From NCBI RefSeq assembly GCF_009914755.1, contig NC_060935.1: a DNA stretch of 64,000 nucleotides; one strand, given 5' to 3'. Origin of the DNA: the human T2T-CHM13v2.0 reference genome, Homo sapiens. Below are positions 57,205 through 64,000 of the stretch, in pieces (the stretch's first letter is position 1; every line of letters starts with the position of its first letter). The notes under the pieces were generated by a model. It ran no database searches. It worked only from the letters and a program-made list of their open reading frames with translations, and was not told where the DNA came from. A program made the translations under genes and the position numbers.

Positions 57205-58297
57205 CCAATACCAGGCTGGGCCACCACTCTGAGGAGGGTAGGAGGGGCCTCCCTGGATTGAACCGGGACAGAAACACGGTGAGGGCCCCCACCACACCTC
57301 CCTGGTTGAATCAGGAATGGAGGGAGCCAGGCAGGGCCCTACCTGGGGTCCTGTGCCCCTCGTTCTGGTCTCCTTTGCAGGCACGAGATACCAGAAAGAG
57401 CATGCCTTTCTGATAGCCTTTGGTGATGTCACTGCTGGGAGGTGGCTATCCTGTGGACCACCTGGCCTCCAGACCCACACTCACAGTCTGTGAAAAACTG
57501 AAAATCCCCTGGTGGGCACTCCCTGGAGCCCAAGCAGCTCCCCTAGGGGACTGACCGGACCTGACCTCCCCTCCCTGTGTCTGGGTCTTCAGGTTTTAGT
57601 TTGGTCTTTGTTCATCTGAGTTGTGCTGGGGCAACGCCAGGAAGTGCCCTGGGTAACCTCTGCTGTGCGCTCCTTCCCAGGTGGCGCCATGGATTCCTCT
57701 GGGGGCTGGCGCATGCCCAGGAAAGCCTGGGCCACACGGGACACTCTCTTCTTTATCGAGGACACTTGGAAAGGTGACTGATATGGGTGCTTGGCTTCTC
57801 TGGTCCCAGCTTGCCCTCCGGGGAGCAGGGGCTCTGTCTTGTCCCAGATGAGCTGAGAGCCCCTGAGAGGAGGGCTTTCCCAGCCCTGGGACCCTCCGAG
57901 GTGGGTGTGCGGGTCTCACAGGTGCTTCCTGGGACTTCCTGTGGCTGCACAGGGCTTGGCTTTGTCTTCGTTCCCGGTGGAAAACCGTGGGAGAGGAAGC
58001 TTGGGCCTCTACTCCAAGTATCAGAGCCTGTTCACCCTCCTCCCTTTGGTAGCTTGTGAATGTGCCAGGTGTTTCGAGGTAGGCTTGCCTTCTGGCAGCA
58101 TGGACTTTGTTAAAATAATAGGCGGAAAGAAGAGGCCTGGGAAGGGCCCCCAGTCTTTTGGAATGTCCTGGTCACAGGGTCATGTCAGCTGCCAGTTCTC
58201 GTCTCCCGTCCTGGAGTTGCTCGGTCTTGCGGAGCTGCCCGCCTGCCTGTTCTGGCGGCTCCAGCGCAGGCTGTCCCTGCTGCTTTGATTCCAGGTG

Positions 58298-58598
58298 ATT
58301 TTATTTTTTTTATTTTTTTATTTTTTTTGAGACGGAGTCTTGCTCTGTTGCCCAGGCAGGAGTGCAGTGGCGCATCTCGGCTCACTGCAACCTCTGTCTC
58401 AAGCGATTCTCCTGCCTCAGCCTCCTGAGTAGCTGGGATTACAGGTGCATGCCACCAGGCCCCGCTGATTTTTGTATTTTTAGTAGAGATAGGGTTTCAC
58501 CATGTTGGTCAGGCTGGTCGTGAACTCCTGACCTCATGATCTGCCCGCCTCAACCTCCCAAAGTGCTGGGATTATAGGCGTGAGCCACCGCCCCCAGC
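58298..58598 (-). mobile_element. Antisense Alu in FRMD8 3'UTR (TSD TGATTCCAGG)
   Basis: T tail first, internal deletion, flanking direct repeat. Confidence 0.9.
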
Positions 58599-58816
58599 TG
58601 ATTCCAGGCGAATTCTTCTCTGATGGGCGGGCGAGGGTGTGTTCGTGTGATGGGTTGGAGTGTGTGTGTCTGAGTACACAGATGATGTGTTTTCCCTTCA
58701 GCTTCTTACGTTTTCTGAGCATCCGTTGTGCCTTAACATTTTCTGCTTGTCCTTTGGGACAAAGCAGTATTTTACTCATTCTTTGAATGTTCTCATTCTT
58801 TTGTATCATGTGACTT

Positions 58817-58822
58817 ATTAAA
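58817..58822 (+). terminator. FRMD8: FRMD8 polyadenylation signal ATTAAA with upstream TGTA
   Basis: ttTGTAtcatgtgacttATTAAAatc in a U-rich context about 2.1 kb after the stop. Confidence 0.75.
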
Positions 58823-59467
58823 ATCAGTTTCTAACAAACTCTGGGGCAGCTCATGATATGAAATAATGAGGGTGTGTCCGTGACAGTCCAAGAGTTGATT
58901 ACAGGCTGCATGTTTGGTTTTCATGAAACGTACGTCAAGGTGTGCAGCCCTCAGGCCAGCCAGGTTGATGCCCACGGAGCACCCGAGTGAAGCTGTCTCA
59001 TCTTGGCGGCTTGTACTCCCAGCCCCACGTTGCCCAGGAGGGGCTCTGGGGTTCCTGTGGGGACCAAGGTGGGTAACTGCAGATGCTCATGCCCTTCCTG
59101 AGGGCACCTCATGCTCCAGGCCTGGCAGGAGGCCGTTTGTTTCCCACAGATCCTGCTGTCAACACCTACCTGGGAGGGAAGGGACAGTAGCAGACCCCTG
59201 GAGGACTCTGAGCCCTGCAGCAGCCACCCAGGACCTGGGCCTGCAGGATGAGCGCCACTGGGGGATTGGGGTTCACAATGTTTCCAGAGATGGGAGGAGT
59301 AAGCCACCTGTCCCTGTGGCAGCGTAGTCCTGGGAACAGGGCCGTCTCCTTGGGTGTCCATGACAGTGAGTGGCACCTTGTCCTCTGTGTGATCATCTTT
59401 GCCTGGCAAGGCAGCACAATGCCATGACCATGGGCACCTGTGACCTTTCGTGGGAATAACAGTGCCC

Positions 59468-60478
<1,011 letters not shown>

Positions 60479-63400
60479 TACCCTACAGATGATTGTCTTG
60501 GACTTCTTTGGGGTTCTTTAATGCCGGAACAGCTGTTATTTTCAAATCCTAGCTACGCTTGGGTTGCACGGGGCAGCAGGAGTGACTTTGCCACCTGCCA
60601 GCCTGGCACGCACAGCCTGGCTCAGCCAGCACCTGGATCCAGAGGCCTGAAGACCTGAAGAGGCTCTGCCCAGACTGCCCCTGAGGACAGTGCAGTGGGA
60701 CGAGGTCTTCACAGTCCCCAGTCCCCAGACTCTCCCTAACTCTTCAGAATGCAGGAAGCAGAGGTGACCAGAACAGTCAACACATGCGATCCTACTGTCC
60801 CTTCTGAGGCTGGGGTTTCCAGGTCATTCTCCACTTACAGCAGCAGCTGGGGCATTCCTGCGGGCTTCCCAACCCGGGGCTAGCTGGACACAGGAGGCTC
60901 CAGCCACAACCAGAGCCCAGCAAGAGGCTTGCGCAGACCCACAGCTGAGGCTTCATGTGGCCAGCCCCCAGCCAAGTGGCAGTGCATGGAGAGACACACG
61001 GGAGGCCAGAGGTGCTGCTGGGACTCAGAAAAGCCACAGCGACCAAGGCGACCCAGGACGCTGTCATGCTCAGTCTGAAAAAACAGTGGTGCAAGGGGCA
61101 CAGATAAAGCTGGGAAGGAGAGGGCTGGGGTGGATGTGCCAGGGGCCTCTGACACTTGTCAGGGAGCAGGAGTTCCAACTGCTCCCCGCACACAGGGTTG
61201 CAGGATTAGCAACAGAGTTACCCATGGAGACATCAGCTCAGAGTCCAGGCAGCTTTTCAGATGACACCGGGGATAAGAACATAAAGACCAGGAAAATGGG
61301 TCACTTTGCACACACATGATGCCCCAACAGATGTGCAGGCCACCACCCAACACAAAGACAGACAATAGACTGGGAGGGGGAGCAGTGATCAAACAAGGCT
61401 TCCTGGAGGAGGGGGCCTGACAGGCTCAGTAGGATACAGGTAAATGCAGCAAAGAGAGAGGGCATGGGATGGAGCAGGGACAGTCAACCAAAGCCTGTGA
61501 CTTTGAGCCTAAGGGACACTGACAGTGCTGACCCAAAGGAGGTGCAGGCCTCGGGACAGATTCTCATCGCTCATTCTTCTCCTTTGTGCAGAGGACTTTT
61601 AGAGCTACCTGGCATTTTTCTCCCTGTCCAAATCCACCCCACATTTCAAAGAAAGTGGGCAGACTACCCAACTTCACCCAGAATGGGGGTGCAGGGCTGG
61701 GCCTGGGTCTGAGGACTTCAGTTTTAAGCAGCAAGTCCAGTGCCGTGTGGTGGCCCGGCTCCTCTCGCCCCCACTGGGCGGACAGCGTGGGTGGGGCGGA
61801 GCCTACTCCCATCTGCAGGTTGCTGGTTCGGCTGCGGCCAGCAGGGGGCAGCTGAGCTCACCCTTTCCTCCTGCCGGGCTGCAGGGACAGTGACAGTGAG
61901 CAGCACTGCCCGCCCAGGCAACCTGGAACCAGGGTCGTGCCCCACGACAGAATCTCGGGGGCCTTGGGTCTGGCGCTGCGGGCTCACCCGCTCTCAGAGT
62001 GGGAGTCCTGGCTCCTGACTGCCCTGACCTTCTTCCTGCCACTGGGCCCATGATGGGGGTCCCCAACTTTCAAGAACACAGGGTAAGGGGTTTGTTTCCC
62101 TGGTGGTGGGCGGGGGCATTCCTCAGCTTCGTGATGGGTCCTGAGTTTTCCAAAGGTCAGGATCCATGTCCTGGAAACGGATTCTGCTGTAGATGTGTGC
62201 TTTTCTGTGAAATGACAGCTTAGTAAAAATACTTAAACTGGGGCTATTTGGAGACATCTAAGAGGTGGAGTGAGCACAACCTGGCACTAGTCGCCTCCCT
62301 CCTGAGGCAGTTGACTGTCCGGCCTCTGCCCCTGGGCCCTTCCTCCTTCCCAGCTGCCCTGAGCCCTCTTCCAGCACCTCCTGTCCCCACCTCACACACT
62401 AAGTCTTCCTGCTATTTTTAACTATTTGACATAATTTGCAAAAGAGAGAATAATAGTCCCAGCTCTTCCCAAGGACTTCTTTGTCCGGTGCCCATCTGAC
62501 CTTGGCACTTTGTTGTGGGGGTGGCAGTGACCCTGACAAGTTCTCCCAGCCAGCGAGAGCACAGGCCTCCCATACAGTATCGTCAAGGTCAGCAGCCTCC
62601 CGGGCAGGGGGGTTCTACTCCCCGCAGAAGCCCTGGCACCATGGCCAACTTGCTCACAGAGGGCACTCAGTCAGACCAAGGTGGGTTGGGGCAGAAAAGG
62701 CTCCTTCAGAGATTCAAGGACAGTCACAACTGGTGCTGTGATGGGGCCACCGGGACAAGCACAGTGCAGGCCATTCCCATCAGCAGGGACCCAAGAGGAA
62801 GTGGTAGGCTCTGGCAGTGGGGGCGGCTGGCGGTCCTGAAGACAGAGGGCTTTGCAAACCTAGGGGTGGAGGTAGTGGGATGTCAGCACCTGGGCTCCCT
62901 GCTCAGAGGAGCTGGCGCCAGGATTCCCAGTGGGTGGGCTTGGGGAGGAGGCTGGAAAGGTTAGCACAGGCGAAAGTGTGGGGCCTAGGAAAGCTGGGCT
63001 CGCTTATTTGGCCAAGGAGGGTGGGGAGGGTTGGAGGAGGTCTAGGGGCCGCTGGAGGTGCAGGGCAGCCCGGGGAGGCAGGGCTATGGGGCCCAGCCAC
63101 GCATTCCACAGGCCTTCTCTCTGCGGGAACAGGAGTGAGGACACAGGCGCTCAGCGTGGCAGGGTGGGAACAGGAAGGTCTCGTGAGCTCTGTGACAGGA
63201 TGGGGCTACAGGAGACAGAGGTAGCAGTAAGCTGGTGAAGAGGCAGGAGGAGGCAAGGAGGACAGGGTGTTCTAGGGTGCCAGCTCAGGCAAGGCTCCAA
63301 GGAGTGGGTGAGTGCTCAGGAGGACGGGGGACCAAGGCCTGGGGTAAGGGGCAGGTGCCCAGGCACTCTAGCATGGCACGGAACAGGGGACAGTCCCAGG

Positions 63401-64000
63401 ACATCCGGATGCAGGGGGCTGACACCGCAAAGTTCTTTCCTGTAAAGCACAGCCCGAGGCCTGGGGCTTGGCCCTGGGCAGAGGAAGCCCCCCTTAGATC
63501 TGCCTTGGCAGTAGTGAGGAAAGGGCGTGCACAGACCCCACGCAGCCCGAGGTGACGGGTCAAATGCAAGAGTGAGAAGCCCCCTCCTGAGGGTCCTCCC
63601 CTGCCTCGCCTTCCTGGTGGGCGGCCTGCTTTCCAGCACATGTGGTGGACCAGCCCACATTAGGTCAAAGTGTTAAAAATAGCCGGAGGGCTCAGTATGT
63701 CTGGGGGGGGGGGGGGAATGGGAGGTGCTGAGGGAGGGCCCAGGACAGTTGGGAAGGAGGAAGGGCCCGTGGGGCTGGGGTTGGGACAGTCGGCTCCTGT
63801 AGGTGCAGCAGCCCTGGGGCATGCTCACCTCACCTCACCTCAGCTTTGTAAACCAGGGCCATGGGAGACCCCCTCCCTCTGATGCCCTCTCCCTCAAATG
63901 CCTTTGCCAACGTGTGGCTGAGAGTGCACCCCAGTTCCCCTTGGCCACCCCAGGCAGTCCCAGTCCACTGAGAGCAGCCGCTGTCCTTCTTCCCTCTCCT

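Overview
This is human (primate) genomic DNA that I recognise as the 11q13.1 TIGD3 - SLC25A45 - FRMD8 interval. From recalled gene order, NEAT1 starts a few kb beyond the right edge. I rebuilt three protein-coding genes exon by exon with GT-AG junctions and consistent phase. TIGD3 (+) has a single coding exon at 1112-2527 and encodes a 471-aa domesticated pogo/tigger transposase. SLC25A45 (-) has 6 coding exons over 27270-21725 and encodes a 288-aa mitochondrial carrier. FRMD8/iTAP (+) has 10 coding exons over 32360-56672 and encodes a 464-aa FERM protein. The rest is very Alu-dense, with many nested insertions plus L1, L2, L3/CR1, MIR, MER5A and LTR relics and short tandem duplications. Almost all other ORF-track entries are Alu-derived or GC-rich shadow ORFs. 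I found no rRNA, tRNA or CRISPR array and no demonstrably new multi-gene system. The best leads are: (1) this haplotype encodes SLC25A45 Cys285 where I recall the canonical protein has Arg; (2) candidate HNF1 and DR1 (HNF4/PPAR) intronic enhancers in SLC25A45; (3) an L2-donated polyA signal for SLC25A45; (4) a MEF2/ERR motif cluster at the NEAT1-proximal end; (5) loss of all three catalytic Asp in TIGD3; (6) MK2/PKD-type phospho-motifs in the FRMD8 tail and a circRNA-prone exon; (7) scars of Alu-mediated deletions in two LTRs. Repeat boundaries are approximate, and repeat subfamily names come from memory of consensus sequences rather than a RepeatMasker run.
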